From an uncultured virus (IMG/VR IMGVR_UViG_3300047561_001544) (taxonomy: Duplodnaviria > Heunggongvirae > Uroviricota > Caudoviricetes): a stretch of 64,000 nt of DNA. Below the pieces are notes generated by a model, which was not told where the DNA came from, ran no database searches, and was given only the letters and a program-made list of their open reading frames with translations. Below, piece by piece: positions 20,778 through 30,685 of the stretch; positions within the stretch are counted from its first letter, which is position 1, and the number at the start of each line of letters is the position of its first letter. Both the position numbers and the translations under genes were made by a program. Location: the IMG/VR virus record IMGVR_UViG_3300047561_001544. One strand, written 5' to 3'.

Positions 20778-21421
20778 AAATAATTATAATTGGAGGGGGA
20801 GACATCGCTACAAATGGAATTATTCCAATAGTTGGTGGTAAAAATATTTCCCAAAAAGATTGTGATATAACAAATTATAAAGATGTACTTAAAGTAATCA
20901 ATATAGAAAAACCAGATATTGTTATTTGTACTGCAGGGGTATCTCATGTATCAAATATATTAGAATCCGATATTAATTTTTGGAAAAGAGAGTTGGATAT
21001 AAATTTATTGGGAAGTTACTATGTTGCAAAAGCCTGCGCCATAAGTAATGTTAAAACTATGATTTTTATAGCTTCTGTCGCTGGTTTATATGGCAAACCA
21101 AATCATTCTGGATACAGTGTTTCTAAATCGGGAGTTATAACGTTAGTTCAATCCTTAGCTATGGAAAAATATGATGCCTATACTATTTCTCCAGGAAGAG
21201 TGAATACTAAAATGCGAGAGAAAGACTTTCCGAACGAAGACCCTAAAACAAGACTAGATCCAAAAGAAATCGGCAGAGTAATTAAAGAAATTTTAAATAA
21301 AAAACATAAATCTGGAGATAATATTATTATAAGAAAAAGGGGTTATAGAATACTCAGAAGAGTAGATCGTGGTGGTGGATGGGCTGAATATCTAAAAGTT
21401 GGACATCCTGCGATTTTTTAA
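20774..21421 (+). CDS. SDR family oxidoreductase
   Basis: IIGGGDI, TAG, IASVAG, YSVSK (YxxxK), PGRVNT. Confidence 0.88.
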   Translation: MKIIIIGGGDIATNGIIPIVGGKNISQKDCDITNYKDVLKVINIEKPDIVICTAGVSHVSNILESDINFWKRELDINLLGSYYVAKACAISNVKTMIFIASVAGLYGKPNHSGYSVSKSGVITLVQSLAMEKYDAYTISPGRVNTKMREKDFPNEDPKTRLDPKEIGRVIKEILNKKHKSGDNIIIRKRGYRILRRVDRGGGWAEYLKVGHPAIF

Positions 21422-21440
21422 TATCATTTTCTAAAATATT

Positions 21441-21863
21441 ATGATAATTATTTCTCATAGAGGAAATACAAATGGACGAAATAAATCTTTAGAAAATAAT
21501 CCTATACATATAGATAAATTATTAAAATCTAATATACAAGTAGAAATAGATGTATGGTTTAAAAACGGTCTATTACTATTAGGTCATGATAAACCAGAAT
21601 ATATAATAAAGGGTACTTTTTTAAAAAATAAAGGTTTATGGTGTCATGCTAAAAATTTAAGTGCATTAGAATACATGTTAAAGAATAATATCCAAAACAG
21701 TTTTTGGCATCAAGAAGATGATTTTACGATAACTTCTTCTGGATATATTTGGACGTATCCGAATAAAAGTATTACAAGCCAATCTATAATAGTAGATTTA
21801 AATAAAAACTGGAAAACAAAAAATTATAATTGTTTTGGTGTATGCGTAGATTTTGTATATTAA
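21441..21863 (+). CDS. glycerophosphodiester phosphodiesterase-like protein
   Basis: ISHRGN, EN.P, VEIDVW, LGHD, WCHAKN. Confidence 0.8.
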   Translation: MIIISHRGNTNGRNKSLENNPIHIDKLLKSNIQVEIDVWFKNGLLLLGHDKPEYIIKGTFLKNKGLWCHAKNLSALEYMLKNNIQNSFWHQEDDFTITSSGYIWTYPNKSITSQSIIVDLNKNWKTKNYNCFGVCVDFVY

Positions 21864-21915
21864 TAATCTTAAAACTTGACTTTGAATATAAAAATATATA
21901 CCATCATTTTAGATA

Positions 21916-22329
21916 ATGAAATTCAAAAATATTTTTGGTAAAGACGTTAATAAAAACATTAATAAATATCTTGCTAAATGGAATCACCCATGTAAAAGCA
22001 AAGTTCAATTTAATGTAAAAAAATTTTTTGAAACCTATTGGGGTACACATATAGTTGTAGAAGAGTTTCCAGTTTTTGGCACTCGAATGAAATGTGACCT
22101 TATTAATTTTACAAAAAAAATTGCAGTAGAAACGCATGGACTTCAACATGATAAATTTGTAAAATACTTTCATAGGACTAAGACTGGTTTTAAAAAAAGT
22201 GTTAAAAGAGATCTGCAAAAATATAGTTGGCTAGAAATGAATGGTTTTAAAATTATTGAAATTTTTGAAAATGAAATCCATCTTTTAGATTCAGAATGGA
22301 TAAAAGAAAAATTTGATATAGAAATTTAA
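21916..22329 (+). CDS. PD-(D/E)XK endonuclease (DUF559/Vsr-like)
   Basis: EEFPV...CDLIN...AVETHGLQH...RDLQK. Confidence 0.75.
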   Translation: MKFKNIFGKDVNKNINKYLAKWNHPCKSKVQFNVKKFFETYWGTHIVVEEFPVFGTRMKCDLINFTKKIAVETHGLQHDKFVKYFHRTKTGFKKSVKRDLQKYSWLEMNGFKIIEIFENEIHLLDSEWIKEKFDIEI

Positions 22330-22364
22330 CTTGAATATAAAAAAAACTCTTGTATAATGAATTA

Positions 22365-22964
22365 ATGGGACCATTGTATATTGGAATTGCTGGCGTATCT
22401 CGATCTGGAAAAGATAGCTTAGCTATTGAAATAGAAAAAATTATTCGTGCTTATATTGGAAATGCTTTTATTTATAAAAGTTCATTAGCACAACCATTAA
22501 AAGAAGATTGTGCCGCTTTTATTAAAAATTATTTAAATTTAAATGTATTCACAGATAAGACTGAAGAAAAATCTATTTTTCGTGAATTTCTCGTTTGGTA
22601 TGGTAAAGTCAAAAGACAGCAAAGTGAAGGAAAACATTGGACGAACCTTTTAGACGAACGTATTAAAAATTTTCAACCAGATATTTGTATTGTTCCAGAC
22701 ATCCGTTATCAACAGTATAGAGAAGATGAGGTTAATTGGCTTAAATCAAAAAGTAGAAACGTACTTATTCACTTGCAAAGAGTTGCAATTAATGGTGAAA
22801 TAGTACAACCCGCAAATATGGACGAATCAATTAACGACTCTATTCTTCAAGATATGGCAGACTATAAAATTGTATGGCCCACATTTATTGAAGAGGGAAA
22901 GGACGAGTGTATGCGGGAAATTGCTATTAAAGCATTCAATACAGTTATTAAGGAAAAAATTTAA
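22365..22964 (+). CDS. deoxynucleoside monophosphate kinase
   Basis: IGIAGVSRSGKDS, LAQPLK, VPDIRY (T4 gp1-like). Confidence 0.8.
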   Translation: MGPLYIGIAGVSRSGKDSLAIEIEKIIRAYIGNAFIYKSSLAQPLKEDCAAFIKNYLNLNVFTDKTEEKSIFREFLVWYGKVKRQQSEGKHWTNLLDERIKNFQPDICIVPDIRYQQYREDEVNWLKSKSRNVLIHLQRVAINGEIVQPANMDESINDSILQDMADYKIVWPTFIEEGKDECMREIAIKAFNTVIKEKI

Positions 22965-22966
22965 TT

Positions 22967-24445
22967 ATGGCGTCAATTCGTAGCGTAGATATAGAAAAAC
23001 ACGTTCTAGCTGGCTTTATTAAGCATCCAGCCGTATTTTTTGAAGTTTCCCACTTCATTAATGAGGGCGACTTTAGTAATGGCCATAAAACTATATTTAG
23101 TGTTCTAAAGGGTCAGATAATGAAGAGTCAACCCCTTGATCCAGTAATTATTGCTGAAAAGATAAAGAGTTTGGGTATTAGTTTTAAACAGGATTTTAAT
23201 ATTTTTGATTATATAGAAAGTCTCGCATTTCTTAAGATTAGTCAGAAGTCTCTTGTAGAGGCGTGCAAAAATCTTAAAACAATTACAATTCGGCGCGAGA
23301 TTGCTGAAACCGCAGGTTTGATTGCGGATTCAATGTCAAATTCTGGAGATAAGTCTGCTGATGAAATCATTACTCTCGCGGATAAGATGTATAATGATAA
23401 AATTGCTGCCTATGATCTAGAAGCAAATCCGGAAGATCTTTTCTCTGATATCGATAAGCTTATTGAGGAAAGAGCTAATAATCCAATTTCTGAGACTGGA
23501 TTTTTGACTCCATATAAACATTTTAATAGAATGTATGGTGGATTGAGGCCTGGAGAACTTTATGCTTGGGTAAGCCGACCAAAGCATGGTAAGAGCACAA
23601 TTCTTAGTGATATTGCTGCAAAAGCAACCCTAATTAATCCAAATTTACAGGCATTGATTCTTGATACCGAAATGCAGACTAGTGTTATTAAGTTTCGTAT
23701 TGCAAGTAGCATTACTGGAATTCCAATGTGGTATCTTGAGACTGGTAACTTTAAAAATAATCCAGAACTACTTGCGAAATGGAATAGTAAGAAGTCGGAA
23801 CTTGCAAAAGCGCAGGGTAAGGTAAAGCATCTTCAAGTAGCTGGGAAGCCTGTATCTGAAATTGAATCTATTATTCAGCGTTGGTATCTTGGCCAAGTTG
23901 GCCGTGGTAATCCAGCTATCGTTGTATATGATTATATTAAACTTACTGGCGAAATGGAAAAAAACAAACAAGAGTATCAACTCATTGGTGATAAAGTAGA
24001 TCGTTTGAAAGAACTATCGGTTCGTCTTAATATTCCGTTGCTTACTGCCTGTCAATTAAATCGTAGCGCCGAAAATGGTGCAGATGATAGCAGTGCTATT
24101 GCACAAAGTGATCGTTTACAATGGTTCGCAGCATATGTTGGTATTTTTCGTCGTAAGACTATCGAAGAACAAGCCGAAGATGGCGCACAATTTGGCACTC
24201 ATAAAATGATTGAACTTGCGGCGCGTTATCAGGGTCAACATGCACAAGGGCATACGGATTTAGTCCGTGTTGTAGAAAATGGTCGCCCACAATATCGTAA
24301 GAACTTTATTTCTTTCAGCGTGGAGAATTTCAATGTAGACGAAAAAGGAACACTTCAAGATATTGTTAATCATCAAAATGGCGTGGGTATTAATATTTTT
24401 GATCGTGAAAATGGCGGTCAGGAAGAAGAAGGTGGATTGCTATGA
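22967..24445 (+). CDS. dnaB: replicative DNA helicase
   Basis: N-terminal DnaB domain, RPKHGKST, LDTEM, VYDYIKL, QLNR. Confidence 0.93.
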   Translation: MASIRSVDIEKHVLAGFIKHPAVFFEVSHFINEGDFSNGHKTIFSVLKGQIMKSQPLDPVIIAEKIKSLGISFKQDFNIFDYIESLAFLKISQKSLVEACKNLKTITIRREIAETAGLIADSMSNSGDKSADEIITLADKMYNDKIAAYDLEANPEDLFSDIDKLIEERANNPISETGFLTPYKHFNRMYGGLRPGELYAWVSRPKHGKSTILSDIAAKATLINPNLQALILDTEMQTSVIKFRIASSITGIPMWYLETGNFKNNPELLAKWNSKKSELAKAQGKVKHLQVAGKPVSEIESIIQRWYLGQVGRGNPAIVVYDYIKLTGEMEKNKQEYQLIGDKVDRLKELSVRLNIPLLTACQLNRSAENGADDSSAIAQSDRLQWFAAYVGIFRRKTIEEQAEDGAQFGTHKMIELAARYQGQHAQGHTDLVRVVENGRPQYRKNFISFSVENFNVDEKGTLQDIVNHQNGVGINIFDRENGGQEEEGGLL

Positions 24446-25332
24446 GACTTTTAGAACTTTTAAAAGATTCTGGGTGTAAACCTAGAAATTATGGAACTTA
24501 TATTACTTGTGCTGCTAAGTATCGCGGTGGCGATGATCCCACGTCGATAGCAATTTATCTTACCAATAATATCGTTAAAGATTTTGTTACTGGTAAAACT
24601 TTTTCTTTAGAGGAATTTTTAAAAACTACTTTAAAACTTAAAGATCTTAAGCAGGTCGAAGATATATTACAAGATAAAGCTAAATATTTTACTGGATTCC
24701 AAGATGAGGAAGATCCTTTTAATAAAAGCGTTAAATATTATTCTAATGAAGATATCGTTGATTTAAAACGTAATGGTTTTTATTGGGGTAATCGTGGAGT
24801 AAGCCAAGAAACTTTAGATGTTTTTGAGGGTGGAGTTTGCACAAGTGGTAAGATGTACCAAAGATATGTTTTTCCGATTTTTGATGCTCGTAAAAAAATA
24901 CAGGGGTTTTCTGGTCGTGATATCACAGGACAATCGAAAATCAAATGGAAACACATTGGTAGAAGGAATGAGTGGGCTTATCCATTCATTTTTAATCATG
25001 AAATTATTAGAGAGAAAAGGGAATTAATACTTGTAGAAAGTATTGGTGATATGCTTTCTTTATGGGAGAGCGGTATCAAGAATACTGGAGTAACATTTGG
25101 AACTGAGGCTGGTGGAGGCCTGCTAAAAGCAATAATACGTCTCGATCCAAAACGTATCATCCTTGCGACCAACAATGATGATAACAGGGCTGGGCAGAAA
25201 GCTGCTGCAAAAATACGTTCAACACTTGCACATTTTTTTGACCCAGCCCAACTTCAAATTTTTCATCCATTCAAAAATGATTTTGGTGATCAAACTATAG
25301 AAGAGAATAGGGAGTGGTATTCAAATATATGA
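24442..25332 (+). CDS. dnaG: DNA primase (Toprim), degenerate zinc-binding domain
   Basis: RYVFPI...GFSGR, LVESIGD, ATNNDD..GQKAA; follows dnaB. Confidence 0.85.
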   Translation: MRLLELLKDSGCKPRNYGTYITCAAKYRGGDDPTSIAIYLTNNIVKDFVTGKTFSLEEFLKTTLKLKDLKQVEDILQDKAKYFTGFQDEEDPFNKSVKYYSNEDIVDLKRNGFYWGNRGVSQETLDVFEGGVCTSGKMYQRYVFPIFDARKKIQGFSGRDITGQSKIKWKHIGRRNEWAYPFIFNHEIIREKRELILVESIGDMLSLWESGIKNTGVTFGTEAGGGLLKAIIRLDPKRIILATNNDDNRAGQKAAAKIRSTLAHFFDPAQLQIFHPFKNDFGDQTIEENREWYSNI

Positions 25333-25751
25333 GAAGCACTTGGGAAGAACATGCTATGAATTTAGCTACTATTGCAATGAAAAGATCAGAAGATCCTTTT
25401 CAAAAAGTTGGAGCTTGTATTCTTGGATATAATAATGAGGTCTTATCTGTAGCATATAACGGTCTTGCGGCTGGTATTAATGTTACTCCAGAATTTTGGA
25501 AAGATCGTGATGCAAGAAGACCATACATGATTCATGCTGAAAGTAATGCTCTCGCACGAATTAGAATGGGTGAAGGAAAACTTTTAGCTTGCACTCTTTT
25601 GCCATGTTCTTCATGCGCCACAAATATTGCTGCTTACGGAATTAAACATGTAATTTTTAAATCAATTTACACTAGAGATATTAAATCAGTTGATATTTTT
25701 AAATTTTATGGAATCTCTTGTGAGCAAGAGGATCCAACATACCCATTATGA
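25329..25751 (+). CDS. dCMP deaminase
   Basis: RSEDP..KVGAC, YNG, HAESNA, PCSSC. Confidence 0.9.
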   Translation: MRSTWEEHAMNLATIAMKRSEDPFQKVGACILGYNNEVLSVAYNGLAAGINVTPEFWKDRDARRPYMIHAESNALARIRMGEGKLLACTLLPCSSCATNIAAYGIKHVIFKSIYTRDIKSVDIFKFYGISCEQEDPTYPL

Positions 25752-26737
25752 GCGAATTAATTAAACTTTCAGCTAGTCGTATCAAGACGCTACAATCTTG
25801 CTCTTGGACTTATTATTGCAACTATAATTTAAAGTTACCCCAGAAAAATAACTCTGGGGCAATGCGTGGAACTGTGGCGCATCTTATTTTTGAAGTTCTT
25901 GGTAATCCAAGGCACGAGCATTATATTAAAAAAATTGTTAAAGACAATACTTGTTTAAAACAAAAAGCTATTTTTCGTCTAATTATTAAGACGGCTAATA
26001 AAGAGGGTCTTGATCTCGACGAGATGGTCAAGCCATTAAAGAAAAGTGGTCAAGAAGTATCAAATCTTAAATGTATTGATGAGATGATTCTTGTTGGATT
26101 AAAATTCGATTTTATTGGAGATGCAAAACTAATAGGTACTGAATGGGAATTTGATATAACAAATAAACAACCAGCATATAGAATTGGTGGATTTATTGAT
26201 CGTATTTTTAAAGATAAAAAACAATTAGTAATTAGAGATTTTAAATCAAGTAAACTTGCTTTTAAAGGCGAAGAGTTAGAGAGTAATATCCAAGCAATGA
26301 TGTATTCTTTAGCTGTAAGAAAAAAATATGCTAAACAAAAAGAAGTTCTTGTTAAATTCTTATTTTTAAGGTATCCCGATAATCCCGAACGTGAATGTCC
26401 GCATTTTACAGAAGAGCAGTTAGTTGGATTTGAGCATTATCTTGAATATCTAAATGGTTATCTTACAAATTTTGATGAGAAAAAGGGTAAATCAAACTTT
26501 GCGGCCAACGATTTTGCAAAAAAATGGATGTGCCAAACCAAATCTGGGTGGCGTTGCCCCTATCTTGATCCTATAGATTATAAAGTTTTATTGGATAAAG
26601 ACGGCAAAATTATTAAATCAATATTTGCAGATAAAGAATTTAAACCGTTAGATATTAAAAAAAATTATCATATTGAAGTAAGAAGGTATGAAGGTTGTCC
26701 AGCTTGGAAAAAGTCTGAGAATGACTTTGACTTTTAG
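25748..26737 (+). CDS. PD-(D/E)XK RecB-like exonuclease
   Basis: LSASRIK, GTVAH, GFIDRI, IRDFKS, QAMMY. Confidence 0.85.
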   Translation: MSELIKLSASRIKTLQSCSWTYYCNYNLKLPQKNNSGAMRGTVAHLIFEVLGNPRHEHYIKKIVKDNTCLKQKAIFRLIIKTANKEGLDLDEMVKPLKKSGQEVSNLKCIDEMILVGLKFDFIGDAKLIGTEWEFDITNKQPAYRIGGFIDRIFKDKKQLVIRDFKSSKLAFKGEELESNIQAMMYSLAVRKKYAKQKEVLVKFLFLRYPDNPERECPHFTEEQLVGFEHYLEYLNGYLTNFDEKKGKSNFAANDFAKKWMCQTKSGWRCPYLDPIDYKVLLDKDGKIIKSIFADKEFKPLDIKKNYHIEVRRYEGCPAWKKSENDFDF

Positions 26738-26763
26738 AACAATATACCGTAAAGTGTTTAAAG

Positions 26764-27516
26764 ATGTTACCTATTTTTAGATCAAATTATTCGCTTACCT
26801 CTGTTTTAACTCTAGATAGTTATACAGAAAAAGAGTCTCGAGACACTAATCGTCCAGATTCAATATTTGATATTACTAAAGACTATGGACTAAAAGATGT
26901 TTATATTGTAGATAACACCCTGACTAGTTTAGTAGAGTGTTACGAAAATTCAAAAAAAGCGGGCTTAAATTTAAGATATGGTTATAGAGTTAATGTTTGC
27001 ATGGATATAGAAAATAAAACTCCAGAGTCAGTTATTACGGAAAGTAAATTTATTATTTTTGCAAAAAAGAATTCTTTTGCAGACTTGGTTAAACTTCACA
27101 ATGTCTCTACCACAGATGGAGTTTATAATGGAGCGCCGCGTTTAGATTTTAATACTTTGAAAAAGTACTGGTCGAATAATTTGATTTTAGGTATTCCATT
27201 TTACGACTCTTATATTTACTATAACCTTCTTTATGGTAGGGAGTGCGTTCCAGAGATGGATTTTACCGAGCCATTTTATTTTAGTGAAAATAATGGATTG
27301 CCATTTGATGGTCTTTTGAACGACCATCTAAAGTCAATAGTTAAAGATAATGAGATCGTTGAATCTAAAACTATTTATTACAGAACTTATAAAGATTTTA
27401 AAGCTTATATGACATATCGCTGTATTTTAAATAGAACAACATTTCAAAAACCCGAACTAAGACATTTCGGCAGTCAGGAGTTTTGTATGGAGGCTTGGGA
27501 AAAATATGCAAAGTAA
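26764..27516 (+). CDS. DNA polymerase III alpha PHP domain (stand-alone)
   Basis: FRSNYSL..SVL (degenerate HxHSxYS), FAKK...DLVKL, PRLDF. Confidence 0.8.
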   Translation: MLPIFRSNYSLTSVLTLDSYTEKESRDTNRPDSIFDITKDYGLKDVYIVDNTLTSLVECYENSKKAGLNLRYGYRVNVCMDIENKTPESVITESKFIIFAKKNSFADLVKLHNVSTTDGVYNGAPRLDFNTLKKYWSNNLILGIPFYDSYIYYNLLYGRECVPEMDFTEPFYFSENNGLPFDGLLNDHLKSIVKDNEIVESKTIYYRTYKDFKAYMTYRCILNRTTFQKPELRHFGSQEFCMEAWEKYAK

Positions 27517-28138
27517 TCTTTTACGTTTTAATAAAAAGCAAAAATATATTATTTTTGATACTGAAACTGAGGGGCTTAGTCTAGCATTAACTAGACCTTG
27601 GCAACTTTCTTGGCTAGTATATGAAGATGGTAAAATTACAAAAAATGAAGATCATCTTTTATATTGGAAAGATTTAAATATTTCAGCTGACGCGGCAAGA
27701 ATTACTCATTTTGATTATAATAATTGGAAAGAAAAAGCCAAAGATCCATTAACTATTCTCAAAAAATTTGAAGAGCATCTTTACAATCCAGAATATTTGA
27801 TTGTGGGAGCAAATCTTTTTGGTTTTGACGTATATGTAATTAATTCTCTTCGAAAACATTTGGGTTTAGACTCTGATTATTCTTATATTGATAGAGTTCT
27901 TGATATACAATGTATTCAAAAGGGTATATATTTAGGACTCAAAGCTATTCCAGAAAATAGAACAGCTTGGCAATATCAAATGTACCACTATGTTAAAAAA
28001 GGAGTTAAGACTTCAGTAAAACATTTATGTGGACTATATGATGTTGAATATAATGAACTTAAAGCACATGATGCAGTCTACGACAATGAAAGATGTTTAG
28101 AAATCTTTAAGAAACAAATCCTAACAATTGAAATATGA
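27506..28138 (+). CDS. DEDDh 3'-5' exonuclease (DnaQ-like)
   Basis: FDTETEG, N..GFD, HDAVYD. Confidence 0.9.
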   Translation: MQSNLLRFNKKQKYIIFDTETEGLSLALTRPWQLSWLVYEDGKITKNEDHLLYWKDLNISADAARITHFDYNNWKEKAKDPLTILKKFEEHLYNPEYLIVGANLFGFDVYVINSLRKHLGLDSDYSYIDRVLDIQCIQKGIYLGLKAIPENRTAWQYQMYHYVKKGVKTSVKHLCGLYDVEYNELKAHDAVYDNERCLEIFKKQILTIEI

Positions 28139-30663
28139 GTTTTACAGAACAGTTTAAAAATATTGAAATGAAGAATGTCAACCTCGTAAGGTTGCCTAAT
28201 ATTTCATTTACAAAAGAAGAAAAGGGTAAATTTGCTGAAACAGAAGATAACGAGAAGTTTCTTCAACAATTAGTAAATGACGGATGGAGAAAATTTCGTG
28301 ATAAAATCCCTGAGAATAAAAAGAAAGAATATCTTGATCGTATTAAAGAAGAATTTGATATTGTTAAAGATCTTGGGTTTATTGATTATTTTCTTTTAGT
28401 CTGGCGCGTTATTAATAAGGCGCGTAGTCTTGGAGCATTTATTGACTGGGGTCGTGGTAGCGCGGCAGGTAGTCTAATTTTCTATTTAATTGGGGTTACT
28501 GGCGTTGACCCTATTGATAAGAAATTATTTTTTACGCGGTTTATATCCAAGGCTCGGGCCAAGAAGGAAGTTATTGATGGGGTTACGTATATTCAAGGCG
28601 ATCTTGCTCCAGACGTTGATATTAATCTCGGCGGTGTTCGTGACGAGATTATTGAATGGTTAAAAGAATGTTACCCAAATAAAGTGTGTAAGATTTCTTC
28701 TCTATCAACATTTTCTGGTAAAATCCTTGTCAAAGATGTTTACAAGATTGTTAACGAAGCAACGGAAGAACAGGCTAGTAACTTGGCAGATACTATTGGT
28801 AAAGTTTTCGGTGTTGTTGAAGATATTGAAGATTCTTATAAGAATAGTGAGAAATTCCGCGATTGGGCAGATGGATATAAGGAGTCTTACGAAATTGCCT
28901 TAAAACTTCGTGGACTTATTCGTGGTAAGTCTACTCATGCAAGTGGATATTTTCTTTCATACTATCCGTTAGATAAATTTGTTCCAATTGAAAAGAATAA
29001 AGAGGGAGAGTTGGCTATTTCTTATGAGATGAATACTGCTGCAAAATTTGGTATTAAATTGGACCTATTGGGACTTATCAGTAATGAAATTATTAAGAAT
29101 GTCTTTGAACAGATCGCAGAGAAGTTTGAAGATATTAATCTTGATGACAATATTGAGGTTTATCAACATTTACAGGATGACAAATTGCTTCCTTATGGTT
29201 TATATCAGATTAGTGCAGATTGTGCTTACCGTGTTTGTAAGAACATTAAACCAGCAAATATTAGCCAATTGAGTGACGTTAATGCTATAGCTCGACCTGG
29301 GGCGTTAGCCTATGAAAAGCATTATGTTGATTTTACAGGGGAAGCTCCGCATGAAAAATTGCGTGAAGTATTTTTAGAGTCACGTAATCTTCCCCTATAT
29401 CAAGAGCAATTAATTCAAGCCCTTGTTACGGTTGGATTTACAGCTGACGAGTCTGAATATATTAGGCGTATTATTGGTAAGAAAAAGCGCGATGAGATGC
29501 CTAAGTGGAAGGACAAAGTATTTCAAACCTGTGAGGCTAATGGGTTTGGAGAGCAAGTGGCCGAAGCGATTTGGAAAGTCATGTTGGATTCTGCAGATTA
29601 TTCCTTTAATAAATCGCATTCCTATTGTGTTGCATATCTTGGGGCTTTAACTGTTTACCTAAAGTATAAATATCCTTTAGAGTTCTTTACGTCATGTCTA
29701 AATGCCATCCAAAAACTTGTAGATCCAATGGAGGAAATTCGTCTAATTGAACGTGAACTACCTTATTTTAATATTAAACTCCTACCGCCGCATCTGTTGA
29801 AGTCTGAAATGGGATTTACAGTCGAAGGTCCGAATATCCGTTTTGGATTGAGCGCAATCAAAGGTATTTCAGATAGCGCAATGGAAAAATTAGTTAAATT
29901 CCGTGGAGAGTATGATAGTAAGATAGATTGTTTTATGGCAGCGAAACAGGCTGGTTTAAATATTGGAGTAGTATCTTCACTTATCCAAGCTGGTTCTTTG
30001 GATGAACTAAACACTAAACGTAGTCGTCTTGTTCTCGAAGCTCAGACATTTAATATTTTAACTGATCGTGAAAAACGCTTGGTTAAAACAATTCACGACC
30101 AGACAGATCAAAAGGATATTCTAACCATTTTAACGATTCTTGTCGAAAAGAATCAAGTTAAAGCCTCGCGCTTTGAAACGATTAAAAAGAAATATAATCC
30201 ATATAAAGAAATCTATATGTTGAATAGTCGTAATGAAGACCTAACAAACTATTTTTATGAGAAGAATTGTTTGGGGTTTAGTTATAGTCAAAATTTAACC
30301 AAGATTTTTAAGAATATTAATCCCAATTTTAAAACTATTAGATATGCATTTGAGAATTGCGAGGAGAACGATCAAGTACTTATTATTGGGGAGATTCTAG
30401 AAACTCGTCAGTCCAAATCTCGTAATGGTAATAAATTTTTTAAAGCTGGAGTAGCTGACGATACAGGAAAGGTTTCCGTATTACTTTTTGATGGTCAACG
30501 CGGACTATTTCAAGAATGTAAAGATGAGAATAAAGGTAATTTCCCAGAAGAGGGCGATATTGTCATTGTTAAAGGGCGGCTTAAGGGTGATGACGCTATT
30601 TTTGCAGATAAAATTGTAAAACAGGACTGTAAGATATATAAGAATATGCGGGATTTAAAGTAA
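28135..30663 (+). CDS. dnaE: DNA polymerase III alpha catalytic subunit (lacks PHP)
   Basis: GRGSAAGSL, PDVDI, KLDLLGL, RPG, YQEQ, YSFNKSHS, IRFGLSAIKGI, C-terminal OB fold. Confidence 0.95.
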   Translation: MSFTEQFKNIEMKNVNLVRLPNISFTKEEKGKFAETEDNEKFLQQLVNDGWRKFRDKIPENKKKEYLDRIKEEFDIVKDLGFIDYFLLVWRVINKARSLGAFIDWGRGSAAGSLIFYLIGVTGVDPIDKKLFFTRFISKARAKKEVIDGVTYIQGDLAPDVDINLGGVRDEIIEWLKECYPNKVCKISSLSTFSGKILVKDVYKIVNEATEEQASNLADTIGKVFGVVEDIEDSYKNSEKFRDWADGYKESYEIALKLRGLIRGKSTHASGYFLSYYPLDKFVPIEKNKEGELAISYEMNTAAKFGIKLDLLGLISNEIIKNVFEQIAEKFEDINLDDNIEVYQHLQDDKLLPYGLYQISADCAYRVCKNIKPANISQLSDVNAIARPGALAYEKHYVDFTGEAPHEKLREVFLESRNLPLYQEQLIQALVTVGFTADESEYIRRIIGKKKRDEMPKWKDKVFQTCEANGFGEQVAEAIWKVMLDSADYSFNKSHSYCVAYLGALTVYLKYKYPLEFFTSCLNAIQKLVDPMEEIRLIERELPYFNIKLLPPHLLKSEMGFTVEGPNIRFGLSAIKGISDSAMEKLVKFRGEYDSKIDCFMAAKQAGLNIGVVSSLIQAGSLDELNTKRSRLVLEAQTFNILTDREKRLVKTIHDQTDQKDILTILTILVEKNQVKASRFETIKKKYNPYKEIYMLNSRNEDLTNYFYEKNCLGFSYSQNLTKIFKNINPNFKTIRYAFENCEENDQVLIIGEILETRQSKSRNGNKFFKAGVADDTGKVSVLLFDGQRGLFQECKDENKGNFPEEGDIVIVKGRLKGDDAIFADKIVKQDCKIYKNMRDLK

Positions 30664-30669
30664 ATATAG

Positions 30670-30675
30670 GTGTAA
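30670..30675 (+). promoter_or_regulatory. GTGTAA motif (putative late promoter)
   Basis: 10 nt before ATG 30686. Confidence 0.55.
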
Positions 30676-30685
30676 TACTATAATC

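Noticed and set aside
7441..30663. Inteins or introns in nrdJ, recA, dnaB, dnaE
   Set aside because: No C...HN intein ends or unexplained insertions; frames are continuous
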